Positions 63,567-64,000 of a stretch of DNA of 64,000 nt are shown here, one piece after another (position 1 is the stretch's first letter; each line of letters starts with the position of its first letter). The notes under the pieces are model-generated. The model made no database searches and was not told where the DNA came from. It was given only the letters and a program-made list of their open reading frames with translations. The stretch comes from Clostridiales bacterium UBA2432 (GTDB lineage: Bacteria; Bacillota; Clostridia; Lachnospirales; Vallitaleaceae): contig DDQW01000074.1 in NCBI GenBank assembly GCA_002342805.1, forward strand, positions 15,906 through 79,905, read 5' to 3'. Position numbers and translations under genes: made by a program.

Positions 63567-63600
63567 AATTCACTAATTTATACATAAAATGATAAATTAG

Positions 63601-63629
63601 TTGAACATGGTAGAATATTAGTATATAAT
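63601..63629 (+). promoter_or_regulatory. Sigma-A promoter of the DUF6088-like gene
   Basis: TTGAAC-17 bp-TATAAT. Confidence 0.65.
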
Positions 63630-63652
63630 AAGTATAAGGAAGGTGGCAGAAA

Positions 63653-64000
63653 ATGATTACTGCAAAAAAACTTAAAGAAATGTATAAACCCGGTACCCCA
63701 ATTTTCATTGAAGATGTTGAAAGTGATTTTGATTACACTAAAGATACAATTAGAAAATCTATGTCACTTCTTTTTAAAGCAGGAGATATAAGAAGATTTT
63801 CTAGAGGTGTATATTATATACCTGAAAAAACCATATTTGGAGATTCTAAATTAAACCCGGACAAAGTTATTGTTGTTAAATATTTAGGACAAGGAAAAAG
63901 AGCTTCAGGTGTATATGCAGGTATTACATTACTAAATAAGTTGCGTTTGACCACTCAAGTACCAAATGTAATAGAGGTTGTCACTAATAATGAAACCAAT
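63653..64000 (+). CDS. DUF6088 / AbiEi-like winged-helix protein, possible type IV toxin-antitoxin antitoxin (3'-truncated; absent from the ORF track)
   Basis: Manual translation MITAKKLKEMYKPGTPIFIEDV...GDIRRFSRGVYYIP...NKLRLTTQVPNVIEVVTNN, open to the window end; RBS aaggaaggt. Confidence 0.72.
   Translation, partial: MITAKKLKEMYKPGTPIFIEDVESDFDYTKDTIRKSMSLLFKAGDIRRFSRGVYYIPEKTIFGDSKLNPDKVIVVKYLGQGKRASGVYAGITLLNKLRLTTQVPNVIEVVTNNETN

Noticed and set aside
62949-63708. Short ORFs over smpB, tmRNA and its downstream region
   Set aside because: Explained by smpB, tmRNA, the terminator and the plus-strand DUF6088-like gene.

Overview
Mostly core chromosome of a low-GC, flagellated Firmicute; gene order and protein style suggest Clostridia, probably Lachnospirales (inference). 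In order: end of a flagellar/chemotaxis cluster (cheA partial, cheW, cheC, cheD, fliA/whiG-type sigma, FapA, small conserved genes); rpsB-tsf-pyrH-frr-uppS-cdsA-dxr-rseP-ispG-polC; rnhA-dgt-dnaG-sigA-trmK-Nif3-nucleoside kinase; a MoxR/DUF58/transglutaminase triad; Cof HAD and DUF368; 6S RNA; tyrA-aroA on the minus strand; a divergent EF-G paralog; MFS; DUF134; iscR-iscS-iscU-mnmA; a PHP histidinol phosphatase; a Na/Pi cotransporter; a glycolytic cluster lacking gap (cggR-pgk-tpiA-gpmI) with an MBOAT/DHHW pair before eno; secG; an SLH protein plus a tandem-VWA secreted protein; rnr-smpB-ssrA. After the tmRNA come a mirrored tmRNA-3'-end palindrome and the start of a DUF6088/AbiEi-like gene, which may begin an island running out of the window. 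I saw no CRISPR array, rRNA, tRNA, transposase or integrase, and no clearly new multi-gene system is proven here. The best candidates are the SLH + double-VWA pair, the element and gene after ssrA, the sigma-H-type promoter ahead of the EF-G paralog with altered GTPase motifs, and a Pho-box-like array at the Na/Pi transporter. Family names come from motif recognition, not database searches.
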